Of a stretch of DNA of 64,000 bases, positions 35,724-48,888 are shown piece after piece. A program made the position numbers and the translations under genes. The notes below the pieces were generated by a model. The model was not told the DNA's origin. It saw nothing but the letters and a program-made list of their open reading frames with translations, and searched no databases. Each line of letters starts with the position of its first letter. The first letter of the stretch is position 1. Origin of the DNA: Podospora anserina (taxonomy: Eukaryota); contig CM030335.1 of the NCBI GenBank assembly GCA_017654855.1, positions 124,001-188,000 on the forward strand, given 5' to 3'.

Positions 35724-38700
35724 ATGACTACAATCACCCTGGCCGCGACAGGCCAAACTGGTGCTCATGGGACTCAACAATGGGATAACTCAACAGCCAT
35801 CAAAGCGCCGCGGGGATCCTTCGGTCGCCAGGGACGAGATGCCAGTTTTCCATCTTCCGGAACCAGCGGAGGAGAGATACATGTCGGGCTGAGCTTTGAC
35901 CCGGCCAGGCCAGGTATAATTCAGGTCACTGGACAGGCGCATCGCATGGGGGAGCGGTATCAGGTTGGGGGCAAACAGTCTTTGCTGCTGGACTGTCGAG
36001 GTGGAGATGGAGGGCACGGGGGAATCGGTGAGAATGGCCAGTCTGGGGGTGATGGGTTTGACGGACGGGATGCGACACAGACGAGCGAGGCTACTGATGG
36101 ATCGCCGGGGATGAACGGAGGAGAGTGAGTCCCTCTTCTGCTTTTCCAGAACGAAAAAAGAAACGCGTATCTGACATGGATGCAGTGGCGGCCGTGGAAC
36201 GAGTGGGGCGAATGGCGGCGCAGGAGGCCATGCTCATGTCACGGTAAATGAGGAAGATCTTGACACCCTCATCGGTGTTGAGTGGGACGTCAGAGGCGGC
36301 TATGGTGGTTGCGTCGGTGAACATGGCGCCGGGGGAGCCGGTGGCCATGGCGGTGACGGCGGTGCCGGTTGTACATGGTTTGACTCCCAAAAATGCATTC
36401 TCTATGAGCCCTGATCAAGACTGTCTGACTCAAGATATACAGGTCAGAGAGATATGTTGCAGCCGTACACACCAATGCAAACGGCCAACACTACACAGAG
36501 TATGCCACCAGGTATCATTCGAGACCTGCGGGGAGAGGAGGACCAGGAGGCATGGCCGGAAGAACTCCAAATGACTTGTTGTATCCTGGTCAAGACGGTC
36601 CGATGGGCTACTCTGAGGTCATTGTCAACTACAAAGATGGCAGGAGGGGAGTGTTCCAATCACGCTACATGCTCGAGGTTGTCGACTTCAAAGTGCATGA
36701 CGAGAACGGGGATGGCATCAACGAGCCCGGAGAACGGCTAATCATCAGCGACATCGTCATCAAGAACACAGGCCAAATGCCGTCACCAAAGATATCTCGC
36801 CTGCAAATCTTGGTCAGGGGCACAAAATGGCTGGAGCCCATCCTTGAGCCCTTGGAGATTCCAGCCGAGATTCCACCAGGACACAGTGTCAGGGTTCCGG
36901 GTGTGCTGAAGGCCTGGATCAAGAACGAAACCGTCGACCGCAGCTCGGGCACACTTCTCCGCGCACAAGATACCGTCTCACTCAGAGCCTACTCCCAGCG
37001 GTTGCAGAGAGATGTTCCCGAGTTTAGCGGCGGTGTGGGCATCGTCTGCCAATACCCGCTGCTCATGACCACGCCAAAGTATCTGGACAGCGTAGCAAAG
37101 GGTGATATTGTCACCTTTTCCTGGACGATACAAAACATCTCCACCAAGTCACAGGGTCGTATTGGCACTCTACAGCGCGAGGCTGGGACACATCTTTCCG
37201 ATCCCAACGGCATGTTCGATTTGAAGCGAGCTCCAAAGGACACGCCGCACGACATTATGGATATGATCGAAGTAATCGAGCCTGGCGAGGTTATTCCAAT
37301 CACTGTTGACTTTCAAGTATCGGAGCTGGTCAACGAATTCACCACAGGCAACATGTTTGTCACTCTGATTCTCTCAGATTCCCACGGAAAGCAGATGCGG
37401 AACGTGGTGGCATTTGACTTGCGCATTCAGATCTCGCCTTCATACCGCTACAACCCAGCAGCACGATTCCTGCTTGTCATCAACGGGTCTTCGCCCAATG
37501 CCTTTGTGCTGCACTTGCTCCACTTCCTTCAACTCGGGCTTCACCTTCCTGTGGACATCTTCAATCTCAGTCTCAGCGGCGCATACACGACAGCCGACAC
37601 TCGTGACGACATCTTGGCGAACTACAGCGGCAAGACCATCATCTTTCTGGGGAATCCCATGAACTATTTCCAAGACGGACAACGACACCCCTGGGAACTG
37701 CTGGACATTGATCAAGCCTCTGAGCTCGCAAGAGCAGGAACCAGCTTTCTCATCATCTCGCCCGAGAACATGCAGAGTCTAAAGGGGTTCAGTCATCTGG
37801 TCTCCAGCGGCGTCTCGCCCTTTCAACCAGCTGATGCTTTCACCCAAACCAGCAACATCAAGGACTTGCTGACCAAGCTGACCCCCAAGACAGCCCCGAC
37901 TCCTGCACGTGTTGTCTTGCCGGTCAAGAAGAAGTTCATGAAGAAGCTCGACAAGACCCTCGCCGCAACTGCCAAAACAGCCCAGCAGAAGCTCTCCGAC
38001 ACCTTTCCCCTTCGCCGCTTTCTCATTGCGCCCTCCAGCCCAATCAGCGACCCCAAAGCCAAGGAAACCGGCCTAGACATCATCGAAGGTCTTCCGCACT
38101 CCACCAAACTAGTCGCCACTCTCCAACCATTCCGCCCCGACTCCCCTGTGATTTCAGAGTACAACATGGTCATGCTCGCCCACTCCCTCCCCTTCTCTGA
38201 CCAATGCGCCATCTTCTGGAACCTCGCAGGAGTAGACACCACCTACGGAGTCGCCACCTCGACAATCTACAAGGGCTCCTCCCTCTCCCATCTCCGCGTC
38301 TACGGCGACGGCAGCACCGCCCAAAAGGTCAGCGGCAAAGCCCTCGAGTCCCTCACCTGGTCTCTCTCTACCCTCCTCGCCTCCGAGATAACCCACTTCC
38401 GCTCCGGCTCCGGCACCTCCTCCCTCCCCCTTTTGTCCCAACTCCCCCTCCTCTCCACCTTCATCACCTCCTTCCCCGGCAAGGGGTTCACACCCGCCGA
38501 AATAACAGCCACCTTCACCCCGCTGACCCAACTCCTCGGCTTCCTCAGGGGCGTCACCTCCCCCCTGACCCTCGGCCAAAAGTTGGGCGCCAACCTCACC
38601 AGAGCCGGCAAGCGCCGCACCAAACTCCGCAGCGTCGTCCTCAACCAACTCTGCAACCCCGTCGTCAAAGCCATGCCCCCCTTGCCAAAAAAGACGACCG

Positions 38701-39359
38701 ATCCTGAGGGCGTCGTGACCAAGAACAAACCCCCCGGCGAGGAAATCGCCGACGTGGAGAAAGAGACCAAGAAGCAGATTCTGGAGGTGAAAAGGTCGGG
38801 CGCGAGGGGAGGGAGGGGGATGAACAGGATCCAGAGGGTGAATATGGTTTGCTCGCTTCTGCTCGAGGCCCTGACCGGGACGGAAGGGGTGGGGTTTGTG
38901 GATGTGATTAACGATCCGGAGGCGGGGGGGGAGAGCGTAAGGGTGTTGGGTAGTTTTGCTGAGTATGACCAGTTGCTTGCCAAGTTGGAGGAGAGGAGGG
39001 GGAGGTTGGAACGGGATGTCGAGTATAGCTTTGGGAGGTTGAGCGGGATGGTTCTGAGGGGGGGGACGGTCAGGGCGGAACAGCAGCAGCAGCAACAGCC
39101 GCAGATACAGAGGCGGGCGACGGAGCCAGGTGGAGGAGGTGGTGGTGAGGGGGATGGGATTAGCTTCGTGAGTAGGTCCATGACTGTCAGTCCTGTCACG
39201 ACGGTGGCGTCGCCAATTGTGTTTGGAAGGGGGCCGGTCGAGGTGTTGCGGGGGGGTATTGGGAAAGAGGCGAGTGTGGCGGAGAAGGTGGAGGAGGTTG
39301 TGTATGCACATGAGTTACCTCTTACGGTTCCTATTCGTGGTGCTGAGTTGGCAGCTTGA
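35724..39359 (+). CDS. Large (about 1170 aa) protein with N-terminal GGxGG glycine repeats and downstream beta-rich domains
   Basis: Exons about 35724-36124, 36186-36377 and 36442-39359 joined by GT-AG introns, giving one frame. GGDGGHGGIGENGQSGGDG, GGRGTSGANGGAGG, GGYGG...GAGGAGGHGGDGGAG, then DENGDGINEPGE. No signal peptide. Confidence 0.78.
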
Positions 39360-39590
39360 AGGGGGATTTAATATACATCGGGTTTCTGGTTTAGGTACCG
39401 AGGTAGGTAGGTAAGGGGTGGTACAATCCATCCTTCGTTTTCCTTGGTCACAGCGCTTGCGATAGCTAATGACAACGCACACAGAAAGGTATATCGAGTA
39501 GAGGTGAAGGGGGCGTGCGATGGGAAAACAATATATAATTGGTGTTGCCAAACATAAGGTTTAAGCAGTAACAAAACTGGAAGTTCGGCC

Positions 39591-41435
39591 TCATTCTTCA
39601 TACATCTTCACCATCCTCCTTTTCTCAGTCTCCCATTCCGGGGGGCCATATAACTTCCAGATGCGCTCCCAATCATACTTGTTCACCCCGATGGGCGTGT
39701 GATCAACCTTAACTTCTAAATCAGGCAGAGGATCGAACAATCCGGCTGTCAAAAATCCATTATTAGCATTGATAAAGGGGAAAAGTAAACAAGGCAAGTG
39801 AGTATATGCTTACGTGCTCCTGCAGGTGGATCGGGATCGTATCTCGGAGCATGCTTCCACTGGTCGTACTCGTAGATGGCATTGAAGTCTGTCCACATAT
39901 TTCCCTTGACTTTGGGCCTGGGATGCCTTGTAGTGCTACGGCCGCCCTCGATATCCCCGTGGTTTCATGTCTGGATGACGAACCTATAGATGTCCCCACG
40001 CTTAAAGTCCAGACGCTGCAGCTTCTTTTTGAAGTTCTCTTCGATTACACTTCGACATATATGTGCAGGTGACATGCCTGTGCGAATAGACGGACCTAGT
40101 CGGTGAATATGGGACGGACGATCTGGGTCTTCTTGTCTTCTTTGGAGCCTTGCTTCCTTTCGTGGACCCCAAAACATCGCTCCGTCATTACCTTTCTGAG
40201 TGCCTTCCATTCCTGTTCTCAAGCTGCAAATGCAGCTCTGTTCTGAGCTCTGAGTGCGTAGTGCTGGACCGTATAGTGTATTGTGATCCATTTGTTTATG
40301 AAGTCGTGGTGTCTCTGAAGTCTCTCCCGTGCCCATTCACGCCCCTTGTCTTGTGGTAGGGTCCCGGCCATGGCTACGACTGGAGGCGACGCGCATGATA
40401 TGTTTGAGATTGATGGGAGGGTGGACCTCGGCCAGCATGTTGCCGTCGCCCGTCGAAACGCCGACCATTATGCGATCGACTTCGTCATCCACTCTCGTCG
40501 CTTCGCTGTTGTCGGGGTCGTATTTTAGCCAGCGTGACTTTCTCCCTGGTCCATTGGCCAACCCCCAATGCTGGAGAAGCGTGTGCAGTCGTATATCGGC
40601 CAGGTACTTGAAGCTCTCCTGTTGTGTCTTGACAATTGCTCTGTCTGCAACTCATATTCCTGCTTCAGTGCACCTATGGCTTTCCTGATCCTCCCTATGC
40701 CTGTCTCGTTGCCCTTCAGCACAGTTGCATTCATTCTCTTTTGTGCTTCAGGGTGACTCTGATAGGCATCAAGCAATGCTTCCAAGCGGCCATTTTCTTT
40801 TTCCGCCTCCCGGAGCCGTTTCGTCAGCCCGTTGATATTGCCAGCCACCCTCTCAAGCTCTTCAAACGTTGACTTTTCAGTGTCACCGGCCTCGTCCATA
40901 TCCTCGGCTATGACCAGTCTAGCTTGGTGGATTTGTTGCAGTTGTTCGTCGAATCGTTGTGTCCATCCCTTATAGATTTGTTCAATCGCTCGGCCCCCTT
41001 CCTCGCTCGCCCACCAGACCCTCTTGCCGGCTGGATCTCCAAGATCTTTGAACCGGAAGCTTCCCAAGTCGTTGTAGGCCTCACGTGCTTACCGGAGGGC
41101 ACATAGATCAATATCCACCTTCACTGTCTCGCCCAGATCGTTGTAATGCACCATATTGACCCACTGTTCTGGGGTAACAAAAACGGCGACAGACCTCTTA
41201 TAGTCTCCATCTACAGGGCCGTATTCAGGGCGAAGATATGGCTCGTTGAGAGGCTTGTGTTCTACGGTCAAGGTTGCTTCCAGCGTTTCGGCTAGCAACT
41301 TTTTCCAGCAAGTGATAGGCGTTTTATGTCTGGAAGAACAGCATCACTTCCAGAAGCCACAGTTGCAGCCACGGTCGGGGCAACCGGTTTGGGCTTATTG
41401 GGAGGCCTTTTTCTGTTATTCTTTCTGCCTGGCAT
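39591..41435 (-). pseudogene. Disrupted hypothetical coiled-coil protein next to the transposon
   Basis: MPGRKNNRKR (ATG 41435) frameshifts in an A-run near 41300. ORFs 41089-41298 and 40525-41067 share a frame separated by TAA; ORFs 40337-40561 and 39965-40336 share a frame separated by TGA. Coiled coil FEELERVAGNINGLTKRLREAEKENGRLEALL; probable last exon ending MVKMYEE*. Confidence 0.55.
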
Positions 41436-41589
41436 TTTTGCGACTGTCGTAGCAGTGTTGGGTTCAAAGAGTCTTGTGTTTTTGTGTCACAGAGTTTCGT
41501 GTTCCAGTTACCTAGCTGCCAGGGTGAGGAGTGCTCTTGATTATGCTTTTATCAACAAGGTCGGGACAAAAGCGCACGCTATACGGATA

Positions 41590-41636
41590 ACCTACTTTAT
41601 AAGCGAGTCGGTCATATAAGTGGGCTGGTCACTTTT
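41590..41636 (+). repeat. Left terminal inverted repeat
   Basis: ACCTACTTTATAAGCGAGTCGGTCATATAAGTGGGCTGGTCACTTTT. Confidence 0.92.
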
Positions 41637-43385
41637 CGACCGCGACGCGTCCTCCTACACTCAACATCAACTTTCTCTACAACCCAACATGCCTCCTACC
41701 TTAAATGAAGCCAGGATAATCTTAGCCCTTGAAGCTATTCAAAACACTCCGAAATTAAGCCTCCGAGCCGCAGCAAAGCTATATAACATACCATTCTTAA
41801 CCCTCCGTGACTGACGCGCCGGCCGGCCTACACGACGCGATACTACTCCCAAATCGAAGAAGCTTACTGAATCCGAAAAGAATGTTATTATTTAATACGT
41901 TATTAAGCTATGTGAGCGAGCTTTTTTACTAAGATTGCGTGGTGTGGAAGATATGGCTAACCAACTGCTGCGCGTACGCGACGCACCCTCTATTAGCAAG
42001 CTCTAGGCACGTAACTTCGTTAAATGCTAGCTATAGCTCCGTACGCGTTTTACGCATAAATATAATGACTAGAAGGCTAAATGCGAGGATCCAAAGGTTA
42101 TTACCGAGTGGTTTACGTTCGTACGGAATATTAAAGTTAAGTACGGTATTTTAAATAACGATATTTATAATTTTAACGAAACTAGGTTTATAATAAATAT
42201 TATTTTCCGGGTATAATAATTATTACTTTAGACGGCTTTAATAAGGTAAAACTAGCTTAGCTTAGTAATCGCGAATAGGTAAAAGTAATTTAATGAGTTA
42301 ATACCCTCGGCTAAACTATCTATTTATTTATTATTTTAATCGCGTAATATTACTTTACTAATTAAGATATCAAATATAATTTATGATTTATTTAATATAT
42401 TATAATTCTTAATATAAGAGGGCTAAATTAAATTAAATACTTTAATTATTATATAGTTTCCTATATAAAAAATAAATACCGGTTATTAATCCTCGACGGC
42501 TATAAAAATTACTACTCGACCGAATTTAAGCGCTATTATTAATAAAATAATATTATTACGCTCTATATACCTTTACATTCTTCTTACCTCTTCTAACTAC
42601 TCGATATTAGTTACTTTAGGCCGCTAAAATAAATATACGGTCGCTAAATTAAGGATTTAATATATATATATATTAATTATATAAGTAAGCTCGAGTTCCT
42701 TTATACTTTCCGCGAAACCTTCTTTACTTTTATAAAGAAAAAAATATATAGGATAGCTTTACGAGTATTAGCTTTGTACAGTATAATCCTAAAAGGGTAC
42801 TTTCTAAGTTAAATATAAAGCTTTGTACGTTAATATCCCCAATGTTACGGCCCAATACTCTATAGCTTTAGGTATACAAAATACTATAAAACCCCTAAGA
42901 AACTAATTTACAATTAATGCTTATTAAGACTCGCATTACTAACTATTAAAATAGCTCCACGACTTTAATGCTAACTGCGGTAAACTAGCTTACTAAAGGT
43001 ATAACGGCTATAATGCACTAGGTGGCTCTCCTTCGTGCAGAGGTCTCTTCGCTCCGTAAGGCTAATGAGGTACTAAGCAAGCGCTGGAGAGCTAAAAAGA
43101 CACGTGTGAGGCTTGGAGGGTAACTTACTGTACAAGAGGCACAGGATCTACTGGATCAGAAGGCCGTGAGTGAGCAGGTAATCCAGGAAAATCGACAAAG
43201 TGGTAGTGGTACAAGGGGGTCTCGTACGAAAACTCAGTGCTGTGGTGTATGCGGCAAGCCTGGCCATAATGCGCGGTCTTGCCAGGAGGCTGCAGATGCC
43301 TCAAGACTCAGCTGTTTCTGATGTTATTATAGTTGGTTGATAGTTTCGTTGTATTATAATGGAGGATGGTATTCGAAGGGTGGTC

Positions 43386-43432
43386 AAAAGTGACCGGTTC
43401 ACTTATATGACCGACTCGCTTATAAAGTACGT
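43386..43432 (-). repeat. Right terminal inverted repeat
   Basis: Reverse complement reads ACGTACTTTATAAGCGAGTCGGTCATATAAGTGAACCGGTCACTTTT, with 4 mismatches to the left TIR. Confidence 0.92.
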
Positions 43433-43879
43433 TAAAGGTGCCGTTAGTTACCTGTATGGTTTGTGACAAAGTAGCTTCGACGTCGCACATTAGTACCCGT
43501 AGAGGATTAAAAGGCAATAAAGGTACAGTGTAATCTGTATCTGATGAAAACCCCGGCCATTTTGTTGGTGTTGGATACGGGGTGATAAAAACCACAAGAT
43601 ATAGCTAATTCTGTATATCTCTGCAAACTCCAGACTGGTGTGAAGAAGTTGATTGAGATTCTGCATGACGCTTTTGCTTAACACGCGAGTTTCATCTGAA
43701 CGTTCTACCGTCCGTGGGATTACTCGATGCATCTGTCAAAGTGAGGTCATTGTCCGGTCACCAACCGCCTGCTCGCCAACCTCTATAACACTTTTTCTGT
43801 CTGTAACCCCAAAGTAATCCGGAAATTTGTGCCATCTTGCTTTCTCCCATAAGCTGACACATCTCTTCCACAAGTCACA

Positions 43880-44542
43880 ATGCTCTCCAAATCTCTCACC
43901 CAGCGGCTGCCGGGCGTTACACAAGCCCTCGCCAAACGCGCTCCGCGTGTAGTGGTCCCTTGCACACGTCCCATGCAGCTGCAACATCGACTGCAGGTGC
44001 AGCAGCTGCCCTCCTCGCCTTCATGTTTCCAACGCCGTACAGCCGTGTCGTTCCAGCCAAATCATGACTACCCGGGCCACGATCAAGCAAACGACATGGG
44101 AGGACCCGGAGGCCAAGAGTCCTTCCCGGCTAGTATGCCTTATCGAAGGTTTGTCTCTTGACTGTTTTCTCCTTCTTGGCATCGGCGCCAGAGCAGGTCT
44201 CTTCTTTTTATTTTTTTTTATTTACCTCGGTTTCTAGAATGACATGAACTAACCAAGGACTGTGGCTGAGTCGGGGAGAGTAGAAGAATTGAATACGAGA
44301 CATTCTACGGCGTGTTGCTGGCCATCGCCCTCATGTGTATCGCCAAGCTCGTGCAGCAGAACTACGACCCAAAGATGAATTATGTGTTGGTGCATGATAA
44401 TACAAAGGGGGAGCTGGACGATGTAAAGTACATCCCGATGCCCAAGGTGCGGGAGCAGCCGGTAGTTGCGGAGATCCGGGAGGAGGTGATTATCCCTATC
44501 AAGAAGGTTGATAGAGTTGACAAGGTGCAGAGGTGGGCTTGA
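43880..44542 (+). CDS. Small single-TM protein with a probable mitochondrial presequence
   Basis: Arg-rich, acid-free N-terminus MLSKSLTQRLPGVTQALAKRAPR. Intron about 44149-44283 (GTTTGT...ACTAAC...TAG) joins in frame to RIEYETFYGVLLAIALMCIAKLV (TM). Confidence 0.65.
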
Positions 44543-46151
44543 TTTGGATTTTGAATTGCCAAGATTGCATTTGGGGTTTTCGCTACGAAGGAGATAGTCG
44601 AAAGATTAGATCCATCAATTCATCATATCTACCTACTTACTCCTTCCCCATCACAGTTTGGACCCCAAACACCACTACAGCTTGTCACACTCGATCTGCG
44701 CTACAAGGTAGGTAGGTAGGGCTGTGGCTGGGTTGAGTGTTGGTTGTCCGAACAGGCTCGGCAGCTATCTTTGTGCGACGTGACACATGCGTAACCAGTC
44801 CTTTAAACTGTTGCCTGGATATCGTATTTCAGTTGTAGGTATGGTAGCAAGTTGGGGGCCACTTTCAACGTCGCAAGGAAGGACTAGAAGCATGGATCCG
44901 GCATGACTAGGTACGGTACCTAGGTACGGTTGGTGACAGAGTGGCAGCAGCCCGGAGTTATTTCAGGGTGAGGACGGATTTACTCCGGTCGGTTGAGCGG
45001 TTTATGACATGGCCGTTGCGGGGGCCTTTCCAGCATTGGCAGAAACTGGAGTAGTTCTGATTCGACACAGAGCGGACTGGCCAAGGTACCTTAGGTCAGA
45101 TGCTAAGGTAGGCAGAGACTGTTGTTCTAGAATACCTAGGTACCTACCTTATGTCGCCACTGCCCGAAAGTTTAAAACTTTAAACTGGCCCGTAAACAAG
45201 GTGTTGGGACGGGGAAGTGTGGCGGGTGTCGTCGTTATCGGCTGCTATTTGTGCGCTACAGATGCGCGGGCGTGGCACCAGCTCGGCGACCACACACAAT
45301 ATATCCGCGCCATGTGGCCGAGCCCTGGAGCGGGAGAAGGGGGCTGCGGCCTGGGTTGGCACACATCAACAGTGGCTGTGTGCGTCTACCCAGTCCCTCC
45401 ATCAATGTAAATCATGTCGAGGTATGACAACGGCATTAATATCGGTGGGATCTCACCGCATCTCAGCGGTTGTCCTTTCTGTTCCGTTAATCACACTCCA
45501 TCTCCGTCATAGTATCGTGTTGTCGGGTCTATCTGCCTTGCCAATGACCAGGGTTAGGGTTCTAGCCTTGTGTAACCGCCTCGAACTGTTGACGCCCCTA
45601 TTCCCCAGTTTGGATGCATTACTGTGTATGCAAAGGTCTAGTGGAGACGCAGAGAACTCGCTAGCCGCCAGACGACCCAATATGCCAAGCGTGTAGAGGT
45701 TGAAGAAGAGAAGATTATCAGCTTGTGTAACCTGAGCTGTTATGCGGTCCCTGTTCTGGTTCGTCCTCGATGGCTGCAGAGTGGACCAACGGTTCCAAAA
45801 TCATCCGTCTCGGCATCCGAAAAGATGCAAGTCTGCATGCTTGGATCTTGTGCTCTTCGCTTTGGTCGGTCTGCAACCAACGGGTGACAGGCAGACTGTC
45901 ACCTCCGCAACCTGCCCTGGGACACTGGGGAGATGGTGATCTTTGATACATATGGTCTTGGACCCCATTCCACCTCTTCCGTGTTTCCTCTGGATGACTT
46001 GGTCATTTTGTTAGTCTTAAAAGGACTGGAAGGCAGGCAATTCTTTGATCTTACGACAGCCCTGTTTTTGCCGCCATCAACCTAAGATAAGGTACGGGGC
46101 TTGCAAGCAAAGCAGCAGCTTTTTTGTTGCTCAATCGGGGGAAGTAAGACA

Positions 46152-48692
46152 ATGGAAGAGCAGGCCCAGCGCTCGGGATCCGATGCCAGACGACGAAAAG
46201 TCCGAAAGGGAACGCACAGTTGTTGGGAGTGTAAGTCCGCACAATCTCTCTTTTCGCATCTTACCTCCCGATCCGACGTGCATATGATAGCGGCCGCGAC
46301 CGACCCGACACGCTGGTAACACGCCCAGGGTTCACAACCTGATTAGCTCCAACGGCTTTCTCGCAGGCCATTGGTAGCAAGGCGCTGACATGTATTTGCA
46401 GGTCGACGACGAAAGATACGATGCCAGTTTGGAAAGCAAGCCGACACCGTGTGCTTGCCCTGCCAGGCACGCGGCAGCGTCTGTCGAAGTCAAGAATTCG
46501 TCGATGCTCAACCGCCACAGCTTCCTGACCGCCGTCTTGCCCAGCGCCTAGCCCGTCTCGAGGACCTTGTCGCCAAAGTCGTTGACCGCGTGATGCCTGA
46601 GACTGGATCGGGAACCAGTTCAGCTCAAGACCATTCACAGGCCAGTTCACCGACACCGTCTGATGAAACGTTGATGAGCGATGTGGATGGCCAAGAGACA
46701 TCCCATCTGGGCCTGGAAGTGATGGAGTCGCCTGTTGGTCATGAGGCCTCAATGGCTATGCTGCTGGGCATCCAAGGCAGCGTCAACTCTCTACAGCAAC
46801 CCACGGCGAGGCTTACAATACCATCACGTCGGTCAACAGAAAGTGTATCGAGCAAAGGGCCAGCTCGCAGACGATGCGAAAAGATTTGTCGAGCCCTACA
46901 TTCCTTGTTTCCGTCCCAACACGACGTTGACGTTCTTGTCAAATCAACGCCTGCACCCTACTTCATCATCGCACTGTTCCATAGCTACCAGGACATCATG
47001 GAGGGCCTTTCCGAGACTCCTGAGAACATCGCCACAATCCCGCCCCCGAACGCTCATCCCACCGTTTTAGCCAAAAGTTTGATACAGCTGTGCATTTGCA
47101 TCCAGCAGCAACCCCCAGGAAGCGTGATGTCACAGGAGAGACAGAAACATTTCAACCCCTACAGCTTGATGAACGGCATCGTCTCGAAAGTTTCGCAGCT
47201 GGTTACTTCCAACGATGACCTTGTTGGGACAGCTGAAGGGCTCCAGTGTCTTATTATTCTCGGACACTGGCATAGCAATGCAGGAAACATCCGCAAAGCC
47301 TGGCTCATCTTTCGAAAGGCACTTTCTCTCGCTACCATGGTGGGCTTGAGTCGTAATGGTACGCAAGCCCTCAGGTTTGCGGATCTGACAACCAACGAGG
47401 CCACACGCCCATCACCGATGGCTTTATGGTACTGCATCAACGCAGCTGATCGAAGCTTGTCTCTTATGCTTGGGCTTCCCGCGGGCAGTCCGGATAACAC
47501 GTTCGCGAGCGAAGAGGCAATGCACAGGGATAGCCCACGAGAACGTTTCACCAAGATTCACACCGTCATTGCGAAGCGGATACTCGACCACAACCTCTCG
47601 CTAGTGTCCGATTTCATCAACCAGAAGGCGGCGGTTTCATACCAGCAGATTGATCACGAGCTCGAGCACGCGGCCAAGATTATGCCTTCTGACTGGTGGT
47701 TCGTTCCCACATTGCCATCAGAATGGCAGGCAGACTGGGAACAGGCTAAAGCGGCCATCTGCCATCTCGTTCTCCAGATCAACCACTTCAACCTTTCGCT
47801 CATACTCCACCTGCCCTACATCATACGCAGCATATCAACTGGAACCCCTGTTGGCGATGACCACAAGCCCTCCCTCGGCCTCGCCCGCCAAATCCTGCAA
47901 CGCTACATGGCCTACCAAAACATCTCCCAATCCCACCCGACCTGGACGTGTTATCAAGTGTCCTACGCAGCCCTCATGGCCTCCACAGCCCTCTGTCTAT
48001 TTACCCTGACCAACCAGACCAGCGAAGCGGACATCAAGCTCGTCAGCCTCACTCTGTCAAAAATGCAGCACCTTGCCCTACTCCAACCCCATAACAGGCT
48101 ATCCCAGTCATCTGTCACCCTCATATCCCAACTCCTCGACATAATCGACTCGGGAATCAAGCAACCCCTCAACCTCAACCTCAACCTCAACCTCCCCTTC
48201 TTCGGCCTCATCAACATCAACAACGCCCGCACATCGCCTCCACCAACCATGCCACCACCATCACAGCAAGCAGCAAGAAGAAGTGTCAGCTCCTCTGCCC
48301 ACTCACCACACATGATCCCCGTGCCAGCTACCTCCCCCGGGCCGCCGGGCGGCAGCCTCTCCCCCCATCCACACCCACCACGAGGAAGGCAAAGAAATGT
48401 CACTGTCCCGATTGGGTTCCACACATCACTGACAGATCCTTCCCTTCAGGGCCATGGGCACGCACATCAGAGTCCCATCTCTGGTCATGGGGGAGAGGAT
48501 GGGTATCACAATTTGCATCACGGGATGGGGTTTGATGCTCACCAACATCAGCAGCAGCAGACGCAGCAGCAACACTCTGATGATGATAGAAGTAGTAGTT
48601 TGGGAGAGATTCCAATGGGATCAGGAGGGGAGAATTGGGTGTTTACTGGGATGGAGTCGGGTTATTGGGGTTTAATGAACCAGGGGTTGTGA
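46152..48692 (+). CDS. Zn2Cys6 transcription factor with fungal-specific middle domain
   Basis: RRRKVRKGTHSCWEC, intron 46231-46401, RRRKIRCQF...VCLPCQARGSVC, leucine linker RLARLEDLV, GNIRKAW...RKALSLA and DRSLSLMLGLP. Confidence 0.9.
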
Positions 48693-48888
48693 GTTGATTT
48701 GGGATGTAGCATATACATACCTAGGTGCGTTTGGGAGATAGAAATTATAGATAGGAATCAGAGGGTGTCGAACTTTGGATACCTTATAGAAAGAACGAAC
48801 AAGACACATTCCCCTCACCCACTTCGGCTTCATATTGGCCAAAGGGCTTGGGTTGTGGACAAAGGTGGTAAAGTAAGACTTTGTTGTC

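Larger units (their letters stand above)
41590..43432 (+). mobile_element. Full-length (1843 bp) Fot1/Pot-like (pogo, Tc1/mariner superfamily) DNA transposon, RIP-inactivated
   Basis: About 47-bp TIRs, flanking TA duplication (41588-89 and 43433-34), transposase relic from ATG 41689 (HTH NEARIILALEAI...LSLRAAAKLYNIP), decayed DDE motifs YNFNETRF and LLILDGY, C-terminal knuckle CGVCGKPGHNARSC, and a very AT-rich core with many TAA/TAG. Confidence 0.95.

Noticed and set aside
38154-39311. 385-aa and 299-aa minus strand ORFs
   Set aside because: Low-complexity antisense frames of the skewed 3' end of the Gly-rich gene.
40525-41067. Coiled-coil ORF considered as a Spok meiotic-drive gene
   Set aside because: No Spok-type nuclease, Cys cluster or kinase motifs are visible in the reconstructed protein.
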